Shown piece after piece: positions 30,479 through 40,543 of a stretch of 64,000 nt of DNA; the first letter of the stretch is position 1; the number at the start of each line of letters is the position of its first letter. The translations under genes were made by a program, and so were the position numbers. Origin of the DNA: an uncultured Gemmatimonadales bacterium (lineage in GTDB: Bacteria > Gemmatimonadota > Gemmatimonadetes > Gemmatimonadales > GWC2-71-9); NCBI GenBank assembly GCA_963798915.1, contig CAWCVB010000001.1, forward strand, positions 32,001 to 96,000. Reading direction: 5' to 3'. The notes under the pieces are model-generated. The model was not told where the DNA came from. It ran no database searches and saw nothing but the letters and a program-made list of their open reading frames with translations.

Positions 30479-32188
30479 GTGCTCGAGGCGCGGCGACTTA
30501 CCGGCCCTCACCTGCTCGACGACCGCACCGGGGCGGCGCTCGACGTCCCGATCGGGGAAGAACTCGATGCGCTCATCCCCCTCTGGGAAGCCGAGGCGCG
30601 CCGCCTGCTGGACGGGCTGGGGTGGCACCACGAGTACACCCGGATCCACCGGTTCAGTGGCGGCGCCTGCCTGTTCGCCAGCGCGCCGGTGGACGTGCTG
30701 TATGCCGCGACCGATCTGGTCGAGGAAGCATGGCAGGCGGCTGAGGCGCGATACCGGGGGGAAAGCGCCAGGCCGGACGCAGGCGAACGACTGCGCGAGC
30801 TGGTGCTGAACGAACGCCGTCCACATGTGCGGCTGCTGGCGCGTGCCGCGGAAACCCACGGCGTTTCCTTCCTGCACGACAGCGATGGCGTGTCCCTCGG
30901 CACGGGGAATGGGGCCGTCTTCTATCCCCATGATGCCATCCCTGAATCGGCCGACGTGGACTGGCGGTCGGTGCACGACGTGCCGCTCGTCCTGGTCACG
31001 GGGTCCAACGGCAAGACAACCTCGGTGCGGCTGATCACGGCGATGGCAGAGGCGGCAGGGCTGCTCACCGGAAGCGCCACCACGGATGGCGTGGTGATTG
31101 GCGGGGCCATGGTGGCCGCCGACGACTTCAGCGGGCCAATGGGTGCCCGCCGCGTGCTGCGGCACGCGGCGGTGCAATGCGCGGTGCTGGAGACGGCCCG
31201 CGGAGGAATCCTCCGGCGCGGCCTGGCCGTCCGTCATGCCGATGCTGCGCTCATCACGAACATCGCGGAGGATCACTTCGGCGACTGGGGTGTCAATACC
31301 CTGGAGGAACTGGCTGACGTAAAGCTGGTGATCGCGCGCGTCGTGCGTGAGACTGGCGCCGTCTGCCTGAATGGCGATGATGCTGTGCTGGTGCAACGGG
31401 CCCAGGCCCTGCGCCTGCAGCCGTCCTGGTTCTCGCTGAATCCGGCGTCGCCCCTGCTGCAGGCAGGCACCGACGGCGCCTGGCTGGACGGCTCGGAATT
31501 GCGGCTGCGCCACCAGGGACACACCAGCACCGTCATGGACGTGCGCAACATTCCGCTCACCTTGCTCGGAGCGGCGCGATACAATGTGGCCAACGTGCTG
31601 GGTGCCCTGCTCACCGCTGCGTCGCTCCAGCGCGCGGATGGCCAGCCGCTGATTCCGGTAGGTGCCATGCGCGCAGCGCTCGAGAGCTTCGAGTCGTCGG
31701 TCGAGCGGAATCCGGGACGGGGCAACCTCATCGATGTGGGCGGGGTGTGCGTGCTGGTGGACTACGCCCACAACCCGCATGGCATGGCGGCACTCACCCA
31801 AATGGTCTCCACCCTGCCGGCCAGGCGACGCCTGATCCTGCTGGGCCAGGCGGGCGACCGGACCGACGAAGCGCTTCGGGCGCTGGCGCGTTCCGCCTGG
31901 GCGCTGAATCCCGACCGGATCATCCTGAAGGAGATGGGCAAGTATCGCCGGGGCCGACCGGAGGGACAGGTTCCCGACCTGTTGCAGGCCGAGCTGCAGG
32001 CGCTGGGCATGGCGGAGGATCAGATTGAACGGGTGGAAACGGAAGTTGAGGCGGCTCGCTCAGCACTGGCCTGGGCCGAGGCCGGCGACCTCCTGATCCT
32101 GCTGGTGCACGAGCGGCGGGATCAGGTCACGACGCTGCTCGACACGCTGAGGCAGGCAAGCTGGCGGGTGGGAGCGGCGTTGCCATAG
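30479..32188 (+). CDS. CphA-derived Mur-ligase protein lacking the ATP-grasp domain
   Basis: RRLTGPHL N-terminus; TGSNGKTTS, LETARGGILRRGL, NIAEDHFG, LNGDD, NPGRGN, DYAHNP, AGDR; GTG 2 nt after the cphA stop. Confidence 0.88.
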   Translation: MLEARRLTGPHLLDDRTGAALDVPIGEELDALIPLWEAEARRLLDGLGWHHEYTRIHRFSGGACLFASAPVDVLYAATDLVEEAWQAAEARYRGESARPDAGERLRELVLNERRPHVRLLARAAETHGVSFLHDSDGVSLGTGNGAVFYPHDAIPESADVDWRSVHDVPLVLVTGSNGKTTSVRLITAMAEAAGLLTGSATTDGVVIGGAMVAADDFSGPMGARRVLRHAAVQCAVLETARGGILRRGLAVRHADAALITNIAEDHFGDWGVNTLEELADVKLVIARVVRETGAVCLNGDDAVLVQRAQALRLQPSWFSLNPASPLLQAGTDGAWLDGSELRLRHQGHTSTVMDVRNIPLTLLGAARYNVANVLGALLTAASLQRADGQPLIPVGAMRAALESFESSVERNPGRGNLIDVGGVCVLVDYAHNPHGMAALTQMVSTLPARRRLILLGQAGDRTDEALRALARSAWALNPDRIILKEMGKYRRGRPEGQVPDLLQAELQALGMAEDQIERVETEVEAARSALAWAEAGDLLILLVHERRDQVTTLLDTLRQASWRVGAALP

Positions 32189-32242
32189 GGCAGGACGGGC
32201 AGGACGGGCGGGACGGGCGGGACGGGCGGGACGAAGTTCGCC
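32188..32242 (+). repeat. (GGGCRGGAC)x5 array plus CGAAGTTCGCC linker
   Basis: Read directly; begins at the TAG; followed by a degenerate palindromic cassette to ~32330. Confidence 0.9.
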
Positions 32243-32343
32243 ACGTCCATTGTCAGAAATTGCCATCACGCGAGTGCAGCGAGCGAAGCAACCTTGACCG
32301 CTCCGGGAATCTGGCAAGCAGATTCCTCATGGCGACCCGGTGT

Positions 32344-33741
32344 TCACCGGGGCGAGGGCAGCCGGCGAGTGTCCGTTCGCGCTGCCAGGGGCTTCGCCCT
32401 AGGCTGCACCGTCGTCCCGTCATCCCGTCTTCCCGCCTTCGCGTCTCTCTCCGCCACCAGCACCTCGAACCGCTCCGTCAGTTCCCGCTGCCGCCGTCGC
32501 AGCTCGCGCACTCGCCCAGGATGGCGTCGCAGCACCAGGTAGCGGCGCACGTCGCGCCAGGCGGCGTACCACCGTTCACGAACCCAGAGGCCGGCGACGC
32601 CCAGCGCGGGAGCGCCGAAGAGCATGATGACTGCCCAACCAGCGCCTCCCATGGCGCTGGCGGCAATGACCAGAACCAGCAGCCATGCGCCGTACAGCAC
32701 GATCCCGCCAAAGAGCTTGTAGGTGGAGCGCACGTCGCGTTCGCCGTGAATGCCTTCTGCCACCAGGCCGGTGAGCCGGTATGGCAGCCACCACAACAGG
32801 AAGCCGGTGGCTGCCACCGCAAACACTGGTAGCAGCAGAAGGGGCAGGCGCTCGATGCTCCAGCGCACCGCCGTGTCCGCACGAAGCTCTGATTCCAGGT
32901 CGGCCGGGGCCAGATCGAGACGGGCAAGCGACCGGGCGTGATGGCGCACGGCCCGAGCCAGTGGCACCCACCTGCTTTGCGGGTTGCGCCGGATGTGGCT
33001 CAGCAGCTCCGACGCGATGCGGAGCCGCTCCAGCCGCTCGTGCGGCTCATCCGACCCGCCGCGCTCCGCTCGCCAGACTGCTTCGGCGCACTCGACGACC
33101 GGCGCGTCCTCCCAGCGTTCGACGTTCAGGGTGACACCGCGCAAGGCCGTATCCATGCGCGCCGTCAGCTCACGCACCGCCTCGGCGTCATCGGGCCCGC
33201 GTCGCGCCAGGTCATCCCAGAGAACCGGCGCGCCGATCAGGATCAGTGCTTCGGAGCGGAAGGTTTCCTTTTCCCGCATGTTGAGACCGACGGGCAGAAT
33301 GGGCACCGCCTGGCCAAGCGACCCGGCGGCGAGCAGCGCGATCCGGGCGGCGCCAGTCTTGAGCGGCGCGAGCGCCGGTTCATTGTGGCTCTTCCCCTCC
33401 GGAAACACCGCAATTGCGGCGCCCGATGCGAGCGCCCTGGCCACAGCGCCAAGCGCCTCCGCGTTCTGCGCCAGCCTGGAGGGATCGTCCTGCGGCCGGT
33501 ACACCGGCACGGCACGAACGGCGCGGAGCAGCCAGGCAATGCGGAAGTCCTCGAACAGCGGGGCCTTGGCTAGAAAGCGCACCGGCCGCTCCGCGGCAGC
33601 GAGCACCAGTACGGGATCCATCAACGAATTCGGGTGATTGGCAATCAGCAGCGCCGGCCCCGTATCCGGAAGTGCACCGTCACGCGAGAGGCGGTAGAAC
33701 AGCGACGCCGCAAGGCGGGCCAGCCGGGGCGCGACGTTCAT
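32344..33741 (-). CDS. Phospholipid/glycerol acyltransferase (PlsC family) with C-terminal TM region
   Basis: NHPNSLMD (HxxxxD), FLAKAPLF, VPVYR, VFPEGKS, LKTGAARIAL. Confidence 0.9.
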   Translation of the reverse strand: MNVAPRLARLAASLFYRLSRDGALPDTGPALLIANHPNSLMDPVLVLAAAERPVRFLAKAPLFEDFRIAWLLRAVRAVPVYRPQDDPSRLAQNAEALGAVARALASGAAIAVFPEGKSHNEPALAPLKTGAARIALLAAGSLGQAVPILPVGLNMREKETFRSEALILIGAPVLWDDLARRGPDDAEAVRELTARMDTALRGVTLNVERWEDAPVVECAEAVWRAERGGSDEPHERLERLRIASELLSHIRRNPQSRWVPLARAVRHHARSLARLDLAPADLESELRADTAVRWSIERLPLLLLPVFAVAATGFLLWWLPYRLTGLVAEGIHGERDVRSTYKLFGGIVLYGAWLLVLVIAASAMGGAGWAVIMLFGAPALGVAGLWVRERWYAAWRDVRRYLVLRRHPGRVRELRRRQRELTERFEVLVAERDAKAGRRDDGTTVQPRAKPLAARTDTRRLPSPR

Positions 33742-35399
33742 CCACGCATGAGCCGATCGAGCCGCTCGCGAAGGGGCTTGATAACGCTGTCTGACGCCGG
33801 CTGTTTCACGCGGGCCAGCGCCCGGCGGTCGCTGCCATAAACATCATCACGGAACTGGACCTGGCCGTCACGGGAGAATGCCGTCAGATACAGCAGGTAG
33901 ACCGGCAATCCGTGCTCAAGGTGGACCTGCTTCTGCACCGTGTCCACCAGGGCGGCATGGATGCGCTCTTCATCCCACTCCTTGTCCGGCTGGAGTACGA
34001 ATCGCGCGAATGCTTCGGGTTGCTCCAGACGGACACAGCCGTGACTCGCGGCACGATCCCGGGCCTTGAACAACGACGTGGCCGGCGTGGCGTGCATGTA
34101 GACGGCAAACCGGTTGGGAAAGAGAAACTTGATGTTACCCAGGGCGTTGCGCTCACCCGGCCCCTGCCGGATGAGGTAGTGAAAATCGGCGGTGTCCGCA
34201 TCCCAGTCCACATCGTCGGGATCGAGCGGCGTGTCTGGATGCTCGCGGTCCACGACTTCGTACCCGTGCTCGGCCAGGTACTCCTTGTCGTCCCGCACCA
34301 GCGGAATAATTTCGCGAGTCGCGATACTGTGCGGCACGTTCCAGTCGGGGTGAAAGATCACCTCGCTGATGGTGTCGGCAAACACCGGGGTGGCGTGCTC
34401 GTAGTCCTTGCCCACGACGACACGCATGGAGAGGACTTCCTTGCCCCCATCGAACGCGTGGAGCTGAAACTCGGGAATGTTCACCAGCACATATCGGTCG
34501 CCGAAAGCGTTGGGCACCCAACGAAGGCGATCAAGGTTCAGCTCGATCTGTTCCACCCGGCGGCTGGCCGGAACATTGAGCGCCGCCAGGGTCGCCTTGT
34601 CCACGCCACGCCCCGCCGGCAGGTCGTGGCGCGCGCGGAAGCGGTTTACGGCGTCATTCAGCTTCGCGTCGAACACCGAGTCGCCGCTGGAATCGGATAG
34701 ATCGCCAGTGGCGGCCAGCCGCGCCCGCAACAGCAGGATGCGCCCGCCTTTCTCACCCGGCTTGATGGGGCTGCCTGGAATCGGTTTCCACCCGCCGCTG
34801 TCGGCAATCTCGCGATAGCGGCCGAGCTGCTCGAGCAGCGCACCGTACTGCTCGGAACGGGGACGGAGCTCGCCGATCATGTCGCCGAAGTGCGGCTTGG
34901 ACGCCGCCGCCACCAGGATGCTGTCTGCCGTCCTGCGACGGGTCTTCACCAGGAACCCGTCATTGATGACGGTGGGATCCACCCGGCCGGTAAGCATGTC
35001 CGACCCATATTCCAGGTAAAGGCCAGTCAGCCGGAGCTCAAGCTCCGCCAATTCCCGCGCGGTCGTCTCGCCCGAATCGTAGGTTTCCCGAAGTGCATGG
35101 CTCAATCCCTTCAGGTCATAATCGGCCGCACGTAATCCTTCCTGGTCTGCTGATGCCACGGCATCCACCAGCGCCCGGGCGTCGGCGCCGGGCCGGTCTC
35201 CATCGAGCCAGAGCGGATGCCCATCCCGCGCCTTGTAGATCTCGCGTGCGGCGTCCCAGTGCGCCGCCGGGATGGTGGCAGGCGGTTTCTTGTTCGACAA
35301 CTGATGACCAAGCTCGGCGGTGATATCCTTGGTCGAGACGCCGCCGCACCCGAGGACGGCCAGCGCCAGACTACCAAGCAGCAGATCGCGATTGCGCAT
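33738..35399 (-). CDS. L,D-transpeptidase (YcbB/LdtD-like), lipoprotein
   Basis: Lipobox VLGC, PG-binding region, VNIPEF, VVVGK, PDWNVP, NALGNIKFLFPN, YMHAT...SHGCVRL. Confidence 0.92.
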   Translation of the reverse strand: MRNRDLLLGSLALAVLGCGGVSTKDITAELGHQLSNKKPPATIPAAHWDAAREIYKARDGHPLWLDGDRPGADARALVDAVASADQEGLRAADYDLKGLSHALRETYDSGETTARELAELELRLTGLYLEYGSDMLTGRVDPTVINDGFLVKTRRRTADSILVAAASKPHFGDMIGELRPRSEQYGALLEQLGRYREIADSGGWKPIPGSPIKPGEKGGRILLLRARLAATGDLSDSSGDSVFDAKLNDAVNRFRARHDLPAGRGVDKATLAALNVPASRRVEQIELNLDRLRWVPNAFGDRYVLVNIPEFQLHAFDGGKEVLSMRVVVGKDYEHATPVFADTISEVIFHPDWNVPHSIATREIIPLVRDDKEYLAEHGYEVVDREHPDTPLDPDDVDWDADTADFHYLIRQGPGERNALGNIKFLFPNRFAVYMHATPATSLFKARDRAASHGCVRLEQPEAFARFVLQPDKEWDEERIHAALVDTVQKQVHLEHGLPVYLLYLTAFSRDGQVQFRDDVYGSDRRALARVKQPASDSVIKPLRERLDRLMRG

Positions 35400-35485
35400 G
35401 ATGCCTCTTCTATGTTGGACAGGCATGGCGCCCGAAGCGCCGGTGCCTGCTATTTTCGTCGCATGTCCTGCCCCAATGGTTCTGT

Positions 35486-37060
35486 GTGAACATTCGCGCC
35501 GCCAGGCGAATCCTGCAAATCGGCGGCCTGCTTGTCGTGCTGGCGGTCATCCGCGGACCCCTGTTCGACCTGGACCGGTTCCTGGTGCCCAAGGAGCTGG
35601 TGCTGCACCTGGCAGCATTCGGGGCCCTCGTGATCACCCTGCGCCTGGTCCGGGGACTCTCATTCGGCGTGGTGGACTGCCTCCTCATCGCCTTTGCGCT
35701 GGTGAGTTCAGTCTCGGCTCTGGCGGCACCGAACGGCTGGCTGGCATTCCGTGCGGTCGGCCTCACGTGGGCGGGACTGGCCTGCTTCTGGAGTGGACGC
35801 GCCGTGGCCGAGGCAGGGATCGGTCGCCCACTGATAGCGGCGCTGGCCACCGCCACGGTGGTCGGCTCGGCAATCGCGCTGCTTCAGGCGTACGACCTGG
35901 CCGTGCCCCTGCTGGCATCGTCACGCATGCCTGGCGGCAGCTTCGGCAATCGCAATTTCATGGCGCACATCGCTGCGATCGGGCTGCCGCTGATTCTCTA
36001 CCTCACACTCACCAGCCGGAGCCGGGTGGGCGCATCAGCCGGTGCCCTGGGTGCTGCGATTTCGGCGGCGGCCCTGCTGTTGTCTCGTACCCGGGCGGCC
36101 TGGGTCGCGGTCGCCGTGGGTCTAGCGTTTCTTGCCGTGGAAGGAGTCTGGGTCAAGGGGCTCTGGCGTGAGCGCGCGACGCGGGGCCGGCTGGCCATCC
36201 TGCTGGCCGCCGCCAGCGCGGGTGTGGTCGTCGCGCTGCTGCTCCCCAATGGGCTGCAATGGAAGTCCGACACACCGTACTTCGACTCGCTGGTGGGAGT
36301 CGCCAACTTCCGGGACGGCAGTGGCCGCGGGCGACTGGTGCAGTGGAAGAACACGCTTCGGATGGCACGGGATCACGCCGCTATCGGGGTGGGTCCCGGA
36401 AACTGGCAGGTCTATTACCCGCTCTACACGACGCCCGGCGATCCGGCCTTTGATCGGGGCGATCCGATTCCGACCAACCCTTGGCCGTCCAGTGACTGGA
36501 TGGCCCTCCTGGCCGAGCGTGGTCTGGTGGCAAGTGCCTTGCTGGTGGCGGCACTGGGCGGACTCATTGTGGTGGGCTGGAAGCGTTCGCGCCAGCACGG
36601 CGCCGGGCCGGAAGGACTGGCGGGCCTCGCCATGGTATCGGTCCTGATCGTGACAGTAGTGACCGCCGGCTTCGATGCGGTGCTGCTGCTTGCTGCGCCG
36701 ACCTTTATCATGTGGACGGCCGTCGGGGCGCTTCGGCCCACGCCGCGCCGGCTGGTTACGCTGCCCGAAGGCGCGGCGCGCGGCCTCATGTGGGGTGCGG
36801 GCGCCATCGGCCTGCTCTTCGCCGCCCGAAGCGCCCTGACTGCACTTGCCATCCTGGTGGCAGGAACAGGTTCAAGCCGCACCGCGCTGGTCTGGGCCAG
36901 CCGCCTCGATCCGGGCGACTATCGCCTGCACATGCTGCTGGCGCGAAAGCCCGGCCGAGAAGGTGCATGCGCCGCGGTTCGGGAGCATGCGACGGATGCA
37001 CATGATCTTTTTCCGTATCATGACGCGCCGAGTCGGGCGCTCAGGGTGTGTGGGCGATGA
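35486..37060 (+). CDS. O-antigen ligase (Wzy_C) family membrane protein
   Basis: Many TMs; GSFGNRNF, SRTRAAW, GRLVQW, IGVGPGNW, LAERGL. Confidence 0.85.
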   Translation: MNIRAARRILQIGGLLVVLAVIRGPLFDLDRFLVPKELVLHLAAFGALVITLRLVRGLSFGVVDCLLIAFALVSSVSALAAPNGWLAFRAVGLTWAGLACFWSGRAVAEAGIGRPLIAALATATVVGSAIALLQAYDLAVPLLASSRMPGGSFGNRNFMAHIAAIGLPLILYLTLTSRSRVGASAGALGAAISAAALLLSRTRAAWVAVAVGLAFLAVEGVWVKGLWRERATRGRLAILLAAASAGVVVALLLPNGLQWKSDTPYFDSLVGVANFRDGSGRGRLVQWKNTLRMARDHAAIGVGPGNWQVYYPLYTTPGDPAFDRGDPIPTNPWPSSDWMALLAERGLVASALLVAALGGLIVVGWKRSRQHGAGPEGLAGLAMVSVLIVTVVTAGFDAVLLLAAPTFIMWTAVGALRPTPRRLVTLPEGAARGLMWGAGAIGLLFAARSALTALAILVAGTGSSRTALVWASRLDPGDYRLHMLLARKPGREGACAAVREHATDAHDLFPYHDAPSRALRVCGR

Positions 37061-37268
37061 CGGGATGGGCGAGATGGGCAGGATAGGCGGGCGAAACTCG
37101 CCATCTCGTCAGCCCGGCGAACGCTGGGGTCCATGAGGGCCTCACGTATGGCACTTCACCACGGGTGAGCCCTCATGGATTCCCGCTTGGGCGGGAATGA
37201 CAACCCGACGACACCTGGCCATCTCGCCCATCCCGCCCATCTCGCCCATCTCGCCCATCCCGCCCATC
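37061..37268. repeat. Composite element: degenerate 9-bp array, linker, 94-bp cassette (37108-37201), inverted array (GCCCATCYC)x5
   Basis: Fills the gap between two convergent stop codons. Confidence 0.9.
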
Positions 37269-38109
37269 ATGTCTCGACTGGCAGGTTGGTCCTCGCGCCC
37301 CACTCGCTCCACGACCCGTCATACACCGCGGTTCGATCATTGCCGAGCAGGTGCAGCGCGTGCACCAGCGCGCAGGCGGTGACGCCGGAGCCGCAGGTGG
37401 AAGCGACCGGTTGAGACGGATCGAGGCCGGCGGCGACAAAGAGCTCCCGCAACTCGGGCAGCGACTTCATGGTGCCATCGGGATTGAGCAATGAGGTATA
37501 CGGCACGTTGCGCGCGCCGGGTATGTGCCCCGAGCGGAGGCCCGGCCGCGGTTCAGGACTGGTGCCGCCGAACCGACCGGCGGAGCGCGCATCCACCACC
37601 TGTTCGCGCGGGCGAGAGATGTTGGTGAGCATGTCGGCGGCCGAGCGCACCTGCGACTGATCGAGCGACGCCGAGAAGGCGCCGCCCCGCTCCTGGGGCT
37701 CGCCCGATTCAACGGGACGGCCTTCGCGCTTCCATTGCTGGAAGCCGCCATCCAGCACGGCCACATCCTCATGCCCGAACACCCGGAACATCCACCAGAC
37801 CCTGGGCGCACTCAGGTTGACGCCGGATCGATCGTAAACAACGATCGTGTCGTCATCACGAAGCCCCAGCATCGCCATTTCGGCGGCAAAGCGCGCTGAC
37901 ACGGGCAGCATGTGGGGGTAGGGCGAACGCCCCTCGGCGTGTGCTTCCAAGTCGAAGAAGTGGGCGCCCGGAATGTGCTCCGCGAGGTACTCCGCGTGGC
38001 CATCCCTGCCCGCCGACGGCAGGTACCAGGAGCAGTCGAGCGGTACGACGCCCGGCTCCTGCAGCCGCGCCGCCAGCCATTCGGTCGTTACCAGCGCCGG
38101 CACTGCCAT
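37267..38109 (-). CDS. sseA: 3-mercaptopyruvate sulfurtransferase (tandem rhodanese)
   Basis: HIPGAHFFD, RVWWMF, GHIPGA, active loop CGSGVTAC, YDGSWSEW. Confidence 0.93.
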   Translation of the reverse strand: MAVPALVTTEWLAARLQEPGVVPLDCSWYLPSAGRDGHAEYLAEHIPGAHFFDLEAHAEGRSPYPHMLPVSARFAAEMAMLGLRDDDTIVVYDRSGVNLSAPRVWWMFRVFGHEDVAVLDGGFQQWKREGRPVESGEPQERGGAFSASLDQSQVRSAADMLTNISRPREQVVDARSAGRFGGTSPEPRPGLRSGHIPGARNVPYTSLLNPDGTMKSLPELRELFVAAGLDPSQPVASTCGSGVTACALVHALHLLGNDRTAVYDGSWSEWGARTNLPVET

Positions 38110-38111
38110 GT

Positions 38112-39200
38112 TCAGCCCTTCTGCTTCTCGAAATCCTTCATGAATGCGACCAGTGCTTCCACGCCGGCCCGCGGCATCGCGTTATAGATGCTCGCGCGCA
38201 TGCCCCCCACGGACCGGTGGCCCTTGAGCCCACTCAGCTTGCGCTTTCCCGCGGCCTCCAGGAAGGCGGCATCCAGTTCGGCGCTGGGACTGCGGAAGCA
38301 GATGTTCATCAGCGAGCGGCTGCCAGGCTCGGCCGTCCCCCGATAGAAGTCGCTTGCATCCAGCAGGTCATAGAGCAGCGCGGCCTTGGCTGCATTGTGT
38401 TCCGACATGGCCTGCAGCCCGCCGCCGTCCTTGATCCACTTGAACACCTCACCCATCACGTAGATCCCGAAGGTCGGCGGCGTATTGTAGAGTGATCGAG
38501 CCTTGGCGGCTGTTCGATATTGCAGTACCGCCGGGAGCGACGGGTTACCGCGCTCGACGAGGTCCTTCCGGATGATGACGAGAACCACGCCGGACGGCCC
38601 CAGGTTCTTCTGCGCTCCGGCGTAAATCAGGCCATAGCGGCCCACGTCTATGGGCCGGCTGAAGATGTCGCTCGACGCATCGCAGATGAGCGGAGCGTCG
38701 GCCGGCGGCACCGGCTCGCTGCGCCACTGGGTGCCGAAGATGGTGTTGTTGGACGTGAAATGGACGTAGGCGGGGTGGTCGGAATATCTGATGGCGTCGC
38801 CGGCGGGAATGTAGGTATGCTCACGATCGGCGCTGGAGGCGGCTTCGTGCACTTGGCCCACACGCCGGGCCTCGGCGATCGCCTTCTCCGACCAGACGCC
38901 GGTGACCAGGTAATCCGCCGACCGGTCGTCCGGCAGCAGGTTCATCGGCACCATCGCGAACTGCAGCGACGCGCCCCCCTGCAGGAACAGCACGTCGTAG
39001 TCGTCGGAGATGCCCGCCAGTTCCCGGCAATTGGCTTCGGCCTGGGAGATGATGGCGTCAAAGACCTTGCCACGGTGGCTGTGCTCCATGATGCCAATGC
39101 CGCTCTCGCGCACGTTCCAGATGTCGCGCTGGGCGCTCTTGAGCACGCTCTCCGGCAGCACCGCCGGTCCCGCGCTGAAATTGAAGCTCCGGTCATTCAT
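38112..39200 (-). CDS. serC: Phosphoserine aminotransferase
   Basis: [52 protein letters not shown]. Confidence 0.96.
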   Translation of the reverse strand: MNDRSFNFSAGPAVLPESVLKSAQRDIWNVRESGIGIMEHSHRGKVFDAIISQAEANCRELAGISDDYDVLFLQGGASLQFAMVPMNLLPDDRSADYLVTGVWSEKAIAEARRVGQVHEAASSADREHTYIPAGDAIRYSDHPAYVHFTSNNTIFGTQWRSEPVPPADAPLICDASSDIFSRPIDVGRYGLIYAGAQKNLGPSGVVLVIIRKDLVERGNPSLPAVLQYRTAAKARSLYNTPPTFGIYVMGEVFKWIKDGGGLQAMSEHNAAKAALLYDLLDASDFYRGTAEPGSRSLMNICFRSPSAELDAAFLEAAGKRKLSGLKGHRSVGGMRASIYNAMPRAGVEALVAFMKDFEKQKG

Positions 39201-39215
39201 TTCGATGATCCCTGG

Positions 39216-40433
39216 TCAGGCGCCGTCTTCCAGGCGCGAGAGGTCGACCTTGATGACGTCGGCATTCCCGGAGGCGATCGCGTCGAGCGCCGCCTCGTCG
39301 GGCGCAGCATCGAGGTGGATGCGGGCGAGCGTGGCCTGGGCACCGTGGTAGATGATGTTCTCGACCTCTTCCACGTTGATCGCCCGCCTGGCCAGCACGT
39401 CAAAGACATGGGCCAGCACGCCAGGCCGGTTGCGGTGGCGCACCGACAGCACGTGCGTGGCACTGCTCCTTGCCTGGCGGTTGACGCAGTTGGCTACGGC
39501 GCCATGCTCGATGAAGCCCTGGACGATGCGAATGACTTCATGCGCGATGGCCACCTGCGCCTGCTCGGTCGATGCGCCCACGTGATGGGTCACGTAGATG
39601 CCCGGCTCCGTCACCAGCGCGTTCTCGACGGTGCCGCTGCCACCAGCCGGCTCCTGCTGGAAGACGTCCAGGCCGGCACGGATGCCGCGTGTCCGGACCG
39701 CATTGAGCAGCGCCGCTTCGTCGACAACCGACCCGCGCGAGGTATTGATGAAATAGGAACCGCGATGCATCGCGGCGAAGAACTCCGCGTCGATCAGCGC
39801 CCTGGTGTCCGCCGTCCCGGCGACGTTGACGCTGACCGCGTCACTGAGACGGGCGACGTCGATAGGAGACTCGCAATAGGTCACGCCGAGTTCGTCGGCC
39901 AGCTCCTGGGTGAGGTTGCGCGACCAGGCGGCCACCCGCATGCCGAACGCCTGCGCGCGCCGGGCCACCTCGCGGCCGATCTGGCCCAGGCCGACGATGC
40001 CGAGCGTGCGGCCGTGGAGCCCGCGGGCCTTCGCGTACTCACCCTTCTTCCACTGGCCCGCGCGAATGTCGGCAACCTGGTCCGGGATGCGCCGGTCGCA
40101 CGCGAGCAGCAGGCCCAGGACCAGTTCGGCGACCGCAATCGAGTTGCGGCCCGGACAGTTGGCGACGAAGACGCCGTGCGCGGATGCCGCCGCCACGTCG
40201 ATGGTATCGATCCCGGCTCCCGCCCGGATGATGAGCCCCAGACTCTTGCCAGACTGGATGGTGGCCGAGGAAACCTTGGTCCCTCGCACGATCAGCACGG
40301 CAGGATCCGTTTCGGCCACGGCCCGGGGCAGGTTCTCCGCGCTGAGATCCGGCTGATGGACAATCGAGCAGCCCAATTCCTTGAGCCCGTCCAGTCCAAC
40401 CCGTTCGAATTTGTCGGCGATGAGGAGTTTCAT
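39216..40433 (-). CDS. serA: D-3-phosphoglycerate dehydrogenase with C-terminal ACT domain
   Basis: RAGAGIDTID, GLGQIG, INTSRG, LDVF..EP, HVGASTEQAQ, HRNRPGVL; adjacent to serC. Confidence 0.9.
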   Translation of the reverse strand: MKLLIADKFERVGLDGLKELGCSIVHQPDLSAENLPRAVAETDPAVLIVRGTKVSSATIQSGKSLGLIIRAGAGIDTIDVAAASAHGVFVANCPGRNSIAVAELVLGLLLACDRRIPDQVADIRAGQWKKGEYAKARGLHGRTLGIVGLGQIGREVARRAQAFGMRVAAWSRNLTQELADELGVTYCESPIDVARLSDAVSVNVAGTADTRALIDAEFFAAMHRGSYFINTSRGSVVDEAALLNAVRTRGIRAGLDVFQQEPAGGSGTVENALVTEPGIYVTHHVGASTEQAQVAIAHEVIRIVQGFIEHGAVANCVNRQARSSATHVLSVRHRNRPGVLAHVFDVLARRAINVEEVENIIYHGAQATLARIHLDAAPDEAALDAIASGNADVIKVDLSRLEDGA

Positions 40434-40439
40434 GAAGTG

Positions 40440-40543
40440 GGGCTAGGGGCTAGAGGCTGAAGGCGAACGGCTGCAAGAAGATAACGTCATCCAGACCGGC
40501 TTTCAGCACTCAACCCTTCAGCCTTCAGCCTTCAGCCTTCAGC
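40440..40543. repeat. Inverted pair of GGCTRAA/GGCTAGG-type heptamer arrays; the right arm reads (CCTTCAG)x4
   Basis: Read directly; the right array contains the DUF1015 stop codon. Confidence 0.8.

Noticed and set aside
30479..32188. Ordinary peptidoglycan MurE/MurF, or CphA2
   Set aside because: It has a CphA-type N-terminus and ETARGG motif and lies in the cph operon, not a dcw cluster; CphA2 retains the ATP-grasp domain that is missing here.
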